Positions 54,319-63,258 of a DNA stretch of 64,000 nucleotides are shown here, piece after piece. The notes beneath the pieces were generated by a model. The model had not been told where the DNA came from. It made no database searches and was given only the letters and a program-made list of their open reading frames with translations. The position numbers and the translations under genes were made by a program. This DNA comes from a virus: positions 35,245 to 99,244 of IMG/VR virus record IMGVR_UViG_3300037485_002668. One strand, 5' to 3'. Position 1 is the stretch's first letter. Each line of letters begins with the position of its first letter.

Positions 54319-55635
54319 TTAATTTATAAGTAAATCGAATTCACGGTTTAGGCACTTGATTTCTATTTCAGGGTTGAACTTTTTGGCACGGTTTAAAATT
54401 ACCTGGCAGTACTGAGGAGATATTTCCATACCATGGCAAATTCGGTTTAACTGTTCGCAGGCGATTAAGGTGGTGCCGGAACCGAGAAATAAGTCTAAAA
54501 CGATTTCATTCGTTTGGCTTGAATTTGAAATCAATTTAGCAATCAATGGAATTGGTTTCATGGTCGGATGCAAATCGCTTTTTAAAGGCTTATCGTATTC
54601 AAAAATACTGGTTTGGAACCCGCCATAAAATTTATGCGTGCCTTCCTTTTTCCAGCCAAATAAAATTGGTTCATGTTTATAGGCATAATCAGTGCGCCCC
54701 AGAACGTGATTATTTTTTAACCAAATTAATTCGTGACGAACTTGCCAGTCAGATTCGTTTAACATCATCATCATCATCATCATCATCTGATCGCCGCCTT
54801 GACAGGCAAATTGATAATAACTGGCTTGGTCGGAACACGAACTCAATGCGTTGATATGAGCGGCTTTCCAAATTTTGCAGGCATCTTCCAACGATAAATG
54901 GTCGTTTTCAATTTCGGTTTGAATACGCTTACCTTTATCGAATTCGTTTAAAAATTTATTTTTATCCGCATAACCAACTGCATACGGCGGATCGGTTAAA
55001 TAAAGTAAAGCTTTTTTTCCATCCATCAACAATTTAGCATTCGCCTCACTGGTGGAATCGCCACACATAACCCGATGCCGGCCGACCTGGAAAATATCCC
55101 CGCGCTGGATATTCGTCTTGATCGTTTCAATCGCCGGGGGTTCAAAACCGTCTTCAGCGGCGGGGTGATTGGCTTGCGCTAATTCAGTTTGAAACGCCTG
55201 CAAGTCGATTTCAGGGAGGTTAATGGACTGTTCAAATGCGGGTAGTTCCTGGGTTAATTCGGCGGTGGCCAGGAATTCGGCCAGACCGTCGTGGGTAATT
55301 TCGGCGTATTGGGCGGAGTAGACTAATACCAGGCGATGGGCGGCTTTCAGATCTTCACATTCAATGAAATCCGCTTTAAGCTGAGACGGAATTTTAATTT
55401 TACCGCGTTTAGCAACCTGTTCCAGCGCGACTTTCAGGTGATTGCCATCCAGACAGGCGAGCTTACCATCATGTTCCCAGACGTGGAACGCTTTGATAAT
55501 ATCGTTTTCTTCAATCGAATGAATCAACTTTTCCAGTCTATCGGGACGCAGTTGCTTGAGATTGCCTTGGATCCATTCCAGGGAACGCCAGTCGACCAGG
55601 GCTTGTTTCAGGACGCGATTTTTAAGTTCTTTCAT
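54319..55635 (-). CDS. ParB-like N-terminal domain fused to an N6-adenine DNA methyltransferase
   Basis: LDGNH; GRHRVMCGDST, TDPPY, HPTMKP, DLFLGSGTT. Confidence 0.9.
   Translation of the reverse strand: MKELKNRVLKQALVDWRSLEWIQGNLKQLRPDRLEKLIHSIEENDIIKAFHVWEHDGKLACLDGNHLKVALEQVAKRGKIKIPSQLKADFIECEDLKAAHRLVLVYSAQYAEITHDGLAEFLATAELTQELPAFEQSINLPEIDLQAFQTELAQANHPAAEDGFEPPAIETIKTNIQRGDIFQVGRHRVMCGDSTSEANAKLLMDGKKALLYLTDPPYAVGYADKNKFLNEFDKGKRIQTEIENDHLSLEDACKIWKAAHINALSSCSDQASYYQFACQGGDQMMMMMMMMLNESDWQVRHELIWLKNNHVLGRTDYAYKHEPILFGWKKEGTHKFYGGFQTSIFEYDKPLKSDLHPTMKPIPLIAKLISNSSQTNEIVLDLFLGSGTTLIACEQLNRICHGMEISPQYCQVILNRAKKFNPEIEIKCLNREFDLLIN
54763..54786 (-). repeat. (ATG)8 triplet repeat encoding poly-Met
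   Basis: CAT x8 on the plus strand. Confidence 0.95.
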
Positions 55636-55639
55636 TTTG

Positions 55640-55676
55640 GCTGTCAATCAGTAAACCACACGGGCGAGCCGTGTGG
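55640..55676 (-). repeat. 37-bp junction element, copy 21
   Basis: GCTGTCAATCAG-TAAA-CCACACGG-GCGAG-CCGTGTGG. Confidence 0.95.
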
Positions 55677-55689
55677 TGATAAAATAAAA

Positions 55690-56931
55690 TTAACGGGCGC
55701 CATAGGCAATATAGACGCCGAGCTTTTTACGGGCGTGCAGGCGATGGTGGGTGTACATGGCGTAACGCATTGGGTCCATCGCATGGTTCATATAGTTTAC
55801 AGGCTCTTCTAAAATACGGCCGGTTTTATCCTTTTTGTGTTTATAGGCGCGAATTTCTTTTAGGGTATTAATCGAATCTTCTAAAATATGTAACTTTTTA
55901 CGGCGGCAAAAGTCGATACCGTCATTTACCGAATTCGGATTTTTATAGGCCAGGGTACTGTGCAGGAAACCAGCGTCAATAAATTCATTTACCCGGTCGG
56001 GTTCGGCGGCGTCGCAATAGATTATGGCTTTATCGGGGTTGGGAATAGCGGCGCGGCAACGGTCGATAAATTGCTGATTCGTGAGACCTTTTTGATAGAT
56101 ATGTTCACGGATATAATAATGCGGGTCACGGACGCCAATTTCCAGCAAGACACTGGGGGCGTTATATCCAAAGTCCACGCCGTAAATAGCCTCGTCGTAA
56201 TAGCTGGGATTCCAGACGCTCAGCGCCTCATAATTCGTATAAACCAGATTTTGTAAGACGCCCCATTCCCCCAGGGTGTAGATATCGTAAAAGACCTGGT
56301 CCTGATCCTTCAGGCTTTCCAGTTCGTCAATATATTCCTGGTTGATAAATTCGTTATCGTAAACCGTGGAATGGTCGATGGTGGTGTCTTCTTTGGGGTT
56401 TTTGAAGAAATAGTTATTCAGCCAGGAAAAAACGTCAATCGGGTTAAACGTAAGCATAATCTGCTGATACGTGCCCAGGTCGCCACGCAGCCGGAGATTG
56501 ATTTGGCGGAATTCGTCTTCGGTGAGTTCGGTGGGTTCCTCAATCCAGATCGCGGTAATACGTTCAATGGACTTTACCTTTTCGGGGTCGTCCACGGAAA
56601 CGGAAATGATTTGATTGCCATTGGGGGTATAGGTAATGGTCAGAGACGAATCATTGAACTTGAATAGTTCGCCGAGTTGCCATTTATAGATATAGTCTTT
56701 TAACAGCGTATAACACGAACGGCGCAGGGACGGGAACGTTTTCCGCACTAGCAAGATACGATGTTTGACCGGTTCAAAGAGAATCCGGTCCAAAATCTTT
56801 AATGCAGCAAAGTGGGACTTCCCGCTACCTGCGCCGCCGTACATTACGAGAAAACGGCTTTGATTTTTCAGGTACGGTAAGAAGTGGGCGGAATGAAAGT
56901 CTTCGGGATACCCGTTGAATTTAATTAGCAT
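55690..56931 (-). CDS. terL: Terminase large subunit, PBSX family
   Basis: YGGAGSGKS, WIEE, LTFNP, GVDFGY, NHAMDPMRY. Confidence 0.95.
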   Translation of the reverse strand: MLIKFNGYPEDFHSAHFLPYLKNQSRFLVMYGGAGSGKSHFAALKILDRILFEPVKHRILLVRKTFPSLRRSCYTLLKDYIYKWQLGELFKFNDSSLTITYTPNGNQIISVSVDDPEKVKSIERITAIWIEEPTELTEDEFRQINLRLRGDLGTYQQIMLTFNPIDVFSWLNNYFFKNPKEDTTIDHSTVYDNEFINQEYIDELESLKDQDQVFYDIYTLGEWGVLQNLVYTNYEALSVWNPSYYDEAIYGVDFGYNAPSVLLEIGVRDPHYYIREHIYQKGLTNQQFIDRCRAAIPNPDKAIIYCDAAEPDRVNEFIDAGFLHSTLAYKNPNSVNDGIDFCRRKKLHILEDSINTLKEIRAYKHKKDKTGRILEEPVNYMNHAMDPMRYAMYTHHRLHARKKLGVYIAYGAR

Positions 56932-56934
56932 CCG

Positions 56935-56971
56935 GCTGTCAATCAGATTTCCACTCAGGCGGGTTGGGTGG
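56935..56971 (-). repeat. 37-bp junction element, copy 22 (before terL)
   Basis: GCTGTCAATCAG-ATTT-CCACTCAG-GCGGG-TTGGGTGG. Confidence 0.9.
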
Positions 56972-57027
56972 GGTGGTTATGGGTTATGGCGGGGGGAACT
57001 AGAATATTTTGGGGCGGGGTGGCTGTG

Positions 57028-57064
57028 GCCGTCAATCATGATTCCACCCAGACAAGCTGAGTGG
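57028..57064 (-). repeat. 37-bp junction element, copy 23 (after terS)
   Basis: GCCGTCAATCAT-GATT-CCACCCAG-ACAAG-CTGAGTGG. Confidence 0.9.
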
Positions 57065-57080
57065 TGGAAATGGCTTGGCT

Positions 57081-57692
57081 TTATTCAATTTTATTGGCGG
57101 GTTCCTTTTTGGTATTTAGCAACGTATCCACCGAAGAAACGCCCGTTTCGAATGCGGCGGCGATTTCTGGGTCGGGCGGCGGCAATTCACGGGCGGGGGT
57201 GGGTACGTCATTAATTTCAATGGTAACGTCCTCGGCATCGGTGATTTCCAGTTCGTTGGGAGCGTTTAATGCCAACATCCGTTTGGCGGGCGGTAGTACA
57301 ATAATTTCGTTGTGAATGGTCGTTTGTTTTGGCGAATTGATACCCCAAACACGGGTGCGCAAAGCAATAATTTCCAACACCAAACGGCCGGAGCGGGAAT
57401 CGCCTTCCAGCGCTTTTTTCCACTGGGCAGATTGCAGGGCGTCCAGGCGTTCGGTTTCCAACGTGCGCAACTGGCGGGAGCCGTCCTCAGTAGTTTTGGA
57501 AATTCGTTCCATTTCCAGTTCCACGTCTTTGATGACCGACGGGACGTCATAATAACGCGGTAAATATTCGGCATATTCGGGATTGGAACGCAACGCCTGC
57601 AATATCCGCTGAAACGAAAAGCCCGCGATCCGTAATTGCGCCACGTAAGCCTGGCGGCGCTGGCTATAAATTTTTTTGTAGCTGCCAGCCAT
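57081..57692 (-). CDS. Probable terminase small subunit (HTH)
   Basis: LRIAGFSFQRI HTH; ERLDALQ..W.KAL.GD...R.R.WG motif; upstream of TerL. Confidence 0.7.
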   Translation of the reverse strand: MAGSYKKIYSQRRQAYVAQLRIAGFSFQRILQALRSNPEYAEYLPRYYDVPSVIKDVELEMERISKTTEDGSRQLRTLETERLDALQSAQWKKALEGDSRSGRLVLEIIALRTRVWGINSPKQTTIHNEIIVLPPAKRMLALNAPNELEITDAEDVTIEINDVPTPARELPPPDPEIAAAFETGVSSVDTLLNTKKEPANKIE

Positions 57693-58336
57693 TACACGAA
57701 CGACTCCTCTGGGGTTTGGCTGGAATTGACACAGATATATTTTAACGCCGTCCAATCGCTGGAGGTACTGGCCAGGCGTTTAATCCGGGACATTTCGGTA
57801 AAATAGACTTCGGATTCGTCACGGGGGGCGATCACTTTAATCGTAATCAAGTCCGAATTTTCATCAAAAGACGGGGTTTTGGACCAGTTGGTATGCGACA
57901 GGTCGTAATACTTTTTTAATTCCTCGGCGGTTTCCGGCATAAAGGGGGCGATAGTTTGCAATTCCGGGAATTCGGGAATGACCGTGTTCACCATCAGGTC
58001 GGTAACCAGGGCGGTTTCTTCTGTGAACCAATCGTGATTGCGGCGGCGGGAAATCAGGACGGCTTTGGCATCGGAAATTTCGCCGAAATTTTCGACCGTG
58101 ATTTCTTGCCAGAATGGATCACGTTCAGCCAGACGTTGCAAGGCGATCAGGCGATGGTTGCCGTCAATAACTTCGTATTTTTCAAGGTTATTCAGCCAGC
58201 GAACCACGGGGACGCCGGCGGAATGATCTTGTTTAATAGAGGTGACCAGTTTAGCGGCGGCGTCGGGGTCATCACGTTTATAGTTCCATTTGGCGGGAAT
58301 TAATTGGGTCAGGGGAACTTTGATTAGTTCGGGCAT
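57692..58336 (-). CDS. ParB/Srx-like domain protein
   Basis: L.PAKWN...KLVTSI...YEVIDGNHRL.A. Confidence 0.8.
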   Translation of the reverse strand: MPELIKVPLTQLIPAKWNYKRDDPDAAAKLVTSIKQDHSAGVPVVRWLNNLEKYEVIDGNHRLIALQRLAERDPFWQEITVENFGEISDAKAVLISRRRNHDWFTEETALVTDLMVNTVIPEFPELQTIAPFMPETAEELKKYYDLSHTNWSKTPSFDENSDLITIKVIAPRDESEVYFTEMSRIKRLASTSSDWTALKYICVNSSQTPEESFV

Positions 58337-58545
58337 GTGTCTTTTCTTTCAAAATCGCCACAGAAATGCGCCCAATAGCGGAGAATAATTGGGTATAGCG
58401 GCTGACCTAGCTTTTCAAGGGACGGGTTGGCAACGGGCGCGTGGCGACAGCATTGGTAGCCAATCCGATATTTACAATTTTCGCAAATTTCAAATTTTTT
58501 AGTAAGCGCCAATTTTTCTATGGGGCACAAATTCGGTTCAGTCAT
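58324..58545 (-). CDS. Small Cys-rich protein
   Basis: CENC...CCRHAP...CGDF. Confidence 0.6.
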   Translation of the reverse strand: MTEPNLCPIEKLALTKKFEICENCKYRIGYQCCRHAPVANPSLEKLGQPLYPIILRYWAHFCGDFERKDTCPN

Positions 58546-58813
58546 ATAGCAACTTTAGAAATTCAAATAAAGGCTGCAACTTTTGTTGCATCAATTCAAT
58601 TTCGGCGGGGGTGAACGTAATTTTTTTCAGCGCCTTTGCCCGTTTTTCGGGGGACAGGTTATTTAATTTAGCGAACAAAATGGCGGCGCTATGGATACGG
58701 GAATAATAACCTGCGGCGGAAGCGTCGGGAAAAAGCGCGTTGATATTCAGCAACTTTTGTTTATCTTTTAGCAGTTCATGTAATTTTAACATGAGTTCAA
58801 TTGGTCGATCCAT
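58538..58813 (-). CDS. Hypothetical protein
   Basis: Overlapping ORF in operon. Confidence 0.55.
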   Translation of the reverse strand: MDRPIELMLKLHELLKDKQKLLNINALFPDASAAGYYSRIHSAAILFAKLNNLSPEKRAKALKKITFTPAEIELMQQKLQPLFEFLKLLYD

Positions 58814-59949
58814 TATTTTTTATTACCTTTGGTTTTGATAATAGTTCCCAGCGAACTCAATACCTTTTGGTATTGGTCGGGTGGAATTTTGGCCGTCCAG
58901 GTTTCGAAAGGTTCCTGGTCGATGTTTAATGCAAATGTTTCGATAAAATAGCCGCCCACGAAACGCTTTGATTCGGGGGCTTGATTCATTAAATTTAAAA
59001 AGACCGCAACGTTTTTCTGGAATTTTTGCAATTCAGAATTTTGGGCATTGGGGTCGGCTTTAGGCGGTTCAGCGACCGGGGCGGCGACGGGCGGCGGTTC
59101 CATGCCCATGCGTTGTTTCGCCGCGGTCACGGCAGATTGAATTGGCGCAGGGGTATTTTTGACGGGTTCAATTACAAAAATATCGGCGACGGACATTTCG
59201 CCGGAGTCCAGCACGACCAGATCGGTTTCCATCATGGCCAGTACGGAAATTGGGATGGCGGCCGGGTCGCCGAAAGCGTACCGTTGTTTTAACATGTGAT
59301 CAGGAATTTTGTGGGCGGTCAGGCGGTCCAGATAGGATTTGCTGACCTGGGCGTGACCCTTGGCCGTAATTTGGTTTTGAATCGCTTCATGATGGGCGCC
59401 TTTGGCGGTTTTTAACGCCAATTGAATCAAGGGTTCCGGGATGCCACCGACAATTGTATTGCGCAGCCATTTAGAATAAGCTGAGGAAAAAGCCATTTCT
59501 TCCGCGCGTTCCGCCTGGTAGCCGCCCGAGACTTTGCGCTGCGCCCACAGGTATTGACGGGGGATCACCACGTTGCGTTCGTAATCGATAAACACGCCGC
59601 TCAGGATATGCTTTTCGCCAACGACCTGCATGGGGTCTTGTTCCACGGTGCAATTCCCGTACAATTGCATTAAGGTACGGGCGCCACCGATACTTAAATC
59701 GCTAACGATTACGTACTTTTGATCCTTTTCGCTATAAAACGTGAAAAAATAATAGAAACTTTCCGGGTTCAATTCGGCAAGCTGTTTCGTCTGTTCGGCA
59801 ATACTTCGCAGGTCACGGGGCTTAATCAGCGAAATTTGAGTTTGGGCGCGGCCTTTGATTTGAACCGCGGCCTGCTGATTTTGGGTGACGGCCTGGGTCA
59901 TGGGTTTCAGGTGATTGGGTTGGGTGGCGGGTAGGTTTGGATTATTCAT
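58813..59949 (-). CDS. Putative single-strand annealing / recombinase partner of YqaJ
   Basis: Directly after the YqaJ exonuclease; LSIGGAR..MQLYGN...SK.LRN.I..GIP motif. Confidence 0.55.
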   Translation of the reverse strand: MNNPNLPATQPNHLKPMTQAVTQNQQAAVQIKGRAQTQISLIKPRDLRSIAEQTKQLAELNPESFYYFFTFYSEKDQKYVIVSDLSIGGARTLMQLYGNCTVEQDPMQVVGEKHILSGVFIDYERNVVIPRQYLWAQRKVSGGYQAERAEEMAFSSAYSKWLRNTIVGGIPEPLIQLALKTAKGAHHEAIQNQITAKGHAQVSKSYLDRLTAHKIPDHMLKQRYAFGDPAAIPISVLAMMETDLVVLDSGEMSVADIFVIEPVKNTPAPIQSAVTAAKQRMGMEPPPVAAPVAEPPKADPNAQNSELQKFQKNVAVFLNLMNQAPESKRFVGGYFIETFALNIDQEPFETWTAKIPPDQYQKVLSSLGTIIKTKGNKK

Positions 59950-61087
59950 TGGTTGTTTCTCCTAAAAGTTTTTGAATTTTTTGTTTTACTTTTTCTTTTT
60001 CCAAAAAGTTCAGATTGAATGATTTAAATGACACATGCAACGTTCGGGTTGTTTCCGTGTTGGCCGCGGCCAGGTCGGATTTAATTTGCGCCAGGGCGGA
60101 TTCGGGCACCTGATATTTATCCAGCACGGCTTTCAATACCTGGGCGGTGGAAATAATCGACTTACCGGGTTTATAATAAATATGCCAGCCCTGGCCGCCG
60201 ACGCCTTCCAGGTCACGAAAGGCTTGTTTAATGGCTTCCCGCTGGGTTTCTTTGAGTTCCGTCAACTGGTCCAGCAGGGTGGTGACGTACCAATGTTCCA
60301 TAATTAGCTGCTGCGTTTCGGGCGTGACTTCGGTCAGGCTTTGAACAGGTTTCAGCGATTTGACGGAAGACAAGTACGTATCATGGGCGGGCGGGGGTAC
60401 TTTTTTCAGAATGTAATTTTTCCAGAAAAATTCGGCGACGGATTCAATTTCTTCGCACAGGTTACGGTCGTAAGGAATCCGGTAATACCGTTGCTGGAAC
60501 GTGTGAGCGATACCCAGGAGCATTAAATCCCGATGGCGGCGGGGATTGAATTTAAAACCCAGGTCGCCATTGGGGAACGTATCCATCGGCGGCGGGTCAA
60601 GATTGTAACGAATACCGGCAACGTCCACCAGGAGCATAATATCCCAATGGGGGAGCGGGGTGTCCAGGTATTTGGTGTACAAATGATTATACCACAGGCA
60701 CTGCAACTGAATATGTTCGGGGACGCCGGTAATCGTGAACGGGTCGCCGGGTTCCCAATTGGCATAGAATCCATTACGGTCGGTGGTTTTGACATCCACG
60801 CCGCGGGCGTCCACGTGGCCCACGCGCCAATCGGAACGGATAAACTGACCGACGTCTTTTAATTTCGTATGGGTATATTCGGCGTACAGACGCAGGCCGA
60901 TGGGTTCCAGTACCAGTCCCCAGTGCATAATTTTTGACATTTCAGCCGTGGGCGCACCGTGCACAATTTGGTTATAGACGGTGGTCATGTTGCCGTAGGG
61001 GGATTTGCCCAGGATCATGGCGATGGCGGAGCCGCCGATACCGGATTGGCGTTCGGGATTGGCAATTAGATTTGATTCTGCGTTCAT
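59942..61087 (-). CDS. YqaJ / lambda-exonuclease family protein
   Basis: RQSGIGGS..A.ILG.SPY, HWG..LEP, VDA...DVKT, Q.QC.WY. Confidence 0.88.
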   Translation of the reverse strand: MNAESNLIANPERQSGIGGSAIAMILGKSPYGNMTTVYNQIVHGAPTAEMSKIMHWGLVLEPIGLRLYAEYTHTKLKDVGQFIRSDWRVGHVDARGVDVKTTDRNGFYANWEPGDPFTITGVPEHIQLQCLWYNHLYTKYLDTPLPHWDIMLLVDVAGIRYNLDPPPMDTFPNGDLGFKFNPRRHRDLMLLGIAHTFQQRYYRIPYDRNLCEEIESVAEFFWKNYILKKVPPPAHDTYLSSVKSLKPVQSLTEVTPETQQLIMEHWYVTTLLDQLTELKETQREAIKQAFRDLEGVGGQGWHIYYKPGKSIISTAQVLKAVLDKYQVPESALAQIKSDLAAANTETTRTLHVSFKSFNLNFLEKEKVKQKIQKLLGETTNE

Positions 61088-61097
61088 TAACAATTCT

Positions 61098-61307
61098 CTA
61101 TGGTTTCTTTTTTTCGGGACGGGCAGTTTCCATTTCTATTACGGCGCACTTCAGGCTCATTAAATGGTCTTCCATAGTTTTATAAGTAGGCTCTTCAATA
61201 TAGCCTTCCAAAAGTAAAAAATATAAGAAATTAGACAGGCTAAGCCAGTGATAATAGCCGTTTTCTTTAGCGAATTCACCATTGGGACATTTATCGCAAA
61301 CGGACAT
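61098..61307 (-). CDS. Hypothetical protein
   Basis: SD AAGGA. Confidence 0.55.
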   Translation of the reverse strand: MSVCDKCPNGEFAKENGYYHWLSLSNFLYFLLLEGYIEEPTYKTMEDHLMSLKCAVIEMETARPEKKKP

Positions 61308-61309
61308 GG

Positions 61310-61522
61310 TTATGATCCTTTTTTATTCAGTTGTTTCAATTTGCGGGCTATGGCGAATAACTCCTGTTGAGTCAACGCTTCGCCGCAGCCAGGCCAATAG
61401 CGCAATTTATTTAATTTGCGTCCGGTTTCAAGATAACCCCGGCAAAAGCCAAGTTCGCCTTTACCACAATTGTCGTTGATACGATAACCGTTTTTAACTT
61501 TGGTAAAAATGAATGTTTGCAT
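61310..61522 (-). CDS. Hypothetical protein
   Basis: ATG 3 nt after a repeat box. Confidence 0.55.
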   Translation of the reverse strand: MQTFIFTKVKNGYRINDNCGKGELGFCRGYLETGRKLNKLRYWPGCGEALTQQELFAIARKLKQLNKKGS

Positions 61523-61525
61523 TTG

Positions 61526-61562
61526 GCTGCCAATCTGTTTACCACCCAGGCAAGCTGGGCGG
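61526..61562 (-). repeat. 37-bp junction element, copy 24
   Basis: GCTGCCAATCTG-TTTA-CCACCCAG-GCAAG-CTGGGCGG. Confidence 0.85.
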
Positions 61563-61571
61563 GGGTAAATT

Positions 61572-61991
61572 TTATATCGTATGCAACACGGGATTAATCG
61601 TGCTAGCGGTGGCATGGCGCAGCAGGTGGATTAATGCCAGTTGCACACGGGTTTTGAAAAATGCCCTGGGGATGGGATAAATGGCTTTGACCCCAAAGGC
61701 GAATAGCGTTTTAAAATTATGATCTGAATTAATCAGATTCAGCCAGGGCAGGATGGCAATAATTTCCTGCACCTGGGCGTTATACAAAAAGTGCTCCAAA
61801 TGGTGGAACCGATTTTGAATAGACGTCAACAGGACAACATGGCCATTGGGGGTATTTTGGTGGACATGTCCCTGGCGTTGCAACGCCGCGTATAAAATCG
61901 GTTCCGCCTCCAGATAGGGGCAGAAATACGGTTCCTCACGCAAGAGCTCTAGAATTAGTGAACATATTTGGGTCGGTACGGGATAAATCAT
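61572..61991 (-). CDS. Hypothetical protein
   Basis: ORF track. Confidence 0.55.
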   Translation of the reverse strand: MIYPVPTQICSLILELLREEPYFCPYLEAEPILYAALQRQGHVHQNTPNGHVVLLTSIQNRFHHLEHFLYNAQVQEIIAILPWLNLINSDHNFKTLFAFGVKAIYPIPRAFFKTRVQLALIHLLRHATASTINPVLHTI

Positions 61992-62445
61992 AATTCGGTT
62001 CGATAAAAATGAAATTCAATTTACGACTCCAGGTCGCAATGGATTCAAGTTCGGCGGGGTATAGGTCTTGCGCCAGGACGCGTTGGCGGAAACTCCTGGT
62101 AGTATGGCGAAAGCAACTGGATAGCTCGCCCATAAACGATTGAAATTTTATCAGGCGATGGCTGCGGTGCATTACCTGGTAAAAGACGACCGGTGAAAAA
62201 GAAAACTCTTCGGGTTGCAACTGGAATCCGCATTGGCGCAGCCATTCCAAAATGCGCTTTTCGTCATTTGGCGAAATCCCTTTCCAGAAAGTGATGGGTA
62301 AACTACGAATACCCCGAATGCCCTGCGTGGGATAATCGAATATCTGCATATTTTCCAGAAAGTAATAAAATGGCACCATGGCAAAAGTACGGGTGTTGGA
62401 AAACAGCTTAAAAATTAACCCGTCATTCCCGACCCGTTCACGCAA
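61936..62445 (-). CDS. Hypothetical protein (paralog of the next ORF)
   Basis: Shares S.NxE..L.xLR.xG and I.TWS.K.xxF motifs with 62438-62869. Confidence 0.6.
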   Translation of the reverse strand: MRERVGNDGLIFKLFSNTRTFAMVPFYYFLENMQIFDYPTQGIRGIRSLPITFWKGISPNDEKRILEWLRQCGFQLQPEEFSFSPVVFYQVMHRSHRLIKFQSFMGELSSCFRHTTRSFRQRVLAQDLYPAELESIATWSRKLNFIFIEPNYDLSRTDPNMFTNSRALA

Positions 62446-62869
62446 AGGTCACCCCCACTTTTTGAGACCAGGTGGAAATACGCGTCAGGTCAAAATCGTT
62501 CAGCGCCTGTTTATAAAAACGGGTGTGCATGGAACCGTATAACTGACCTTCACTTTCGAGCGTCAGGGCGCAAAGGTTTAAAAACGGGTAATGCCTGAAT
62601 TTCGAATAAATCACTGCGGCGGATATCGTTTCCATGCCGGCGGTGGGAAACGTGACGCCGACTTCACGTAAAAACTTTAGCAGGTTATTTTCATTTTCGA
62701 CGGACAGGCTCATGACGTCCCGCCGTCCGAAGCCGCTTAGCTTGCGATTTAGATGAATGATGCCGTGTTCGCCGGCGTAACGGATTAAGGCATTAATTTT
62801 TAACACCCGCGACTTGTGAACAAACTGGTATAAAGAACTTTCTTCAGGCTTCCGTGCGATTTTGGGCAT
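62438..62869 (-). CDS. Hypothetical protein
   Basis: ORF track. Confidence 0.6.
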   Translation of the reverse strand: MPKIARKPEESSLYQFVHKSRVLKINALIRYAGEHGIIHLNRKLSGFGRRDVMSLSVENENNLLKFLREVGVTFPTAGMETISAAVIYSKFRHYPFLNLCALTLESEGQLYGSMHTRFYKQALNDFDLTRISTWSQKVGVTFA

Positions 62870-62875
62870 GCGGTT

Positions 62876-63250
62876 TCACTCCAGATTCGCGACAATAAAG
62901 GCAGAATCCGCGCCGAAATTTACCTTTTTCGTTGAATCCAGAAATACCTCAGCGGCGATTTGAGTAAATTCGGCCTGGACTTTGAAACGGATCGGCAAAT
63001 CGGAAACAGCCAGGTTATTAATCGAATATTCAAACGGCGTTTTGACCGGGATATTTTGGAATAACACTCCGGTGCTGGTCGCCAGGGAAATGCGAACCTG
63101 CGATTTCAGGCTGGATTCACACCAAATTTTAGCATTAACCGTGCCCTGGGGCGCAGCGGGAATGAACAGGTAACAACTAATTGTGAATAATAAAACTACA
63201 AAAATTAAACAGCCGATACTTTTGAACTGAAACGATTTGCGAAACAACAT
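62876..63250 (-). CDS. Membrane-anchored or secreted hypothetical protein
   Basis: N-terminal hydrophobic segment; SD AGGAG. Confidence 0.6.
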   Translation of the reverse strand: MLFRKSFQFKSIGCLIFVVLLFTISCYLFIPAAPQGTVNAKIWCESSLKSQVRISLATSTGVLFQNIPVKTPFEYSINNLAVSDLPIRFKVQAEFTQIAAEVFLDSTKKVNFGADSAFIVANLE

Positions 63251-63258
63251 ACAGACTC

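Noticed and set aside
2711-57064. Canonical CRISPR array made of the 37-bp elements
   Set aside because: Copies are dispersed and vary in sequence; the only close pairs have 8-nt and 56-nt gaps, with no regular repeat-spacer run.
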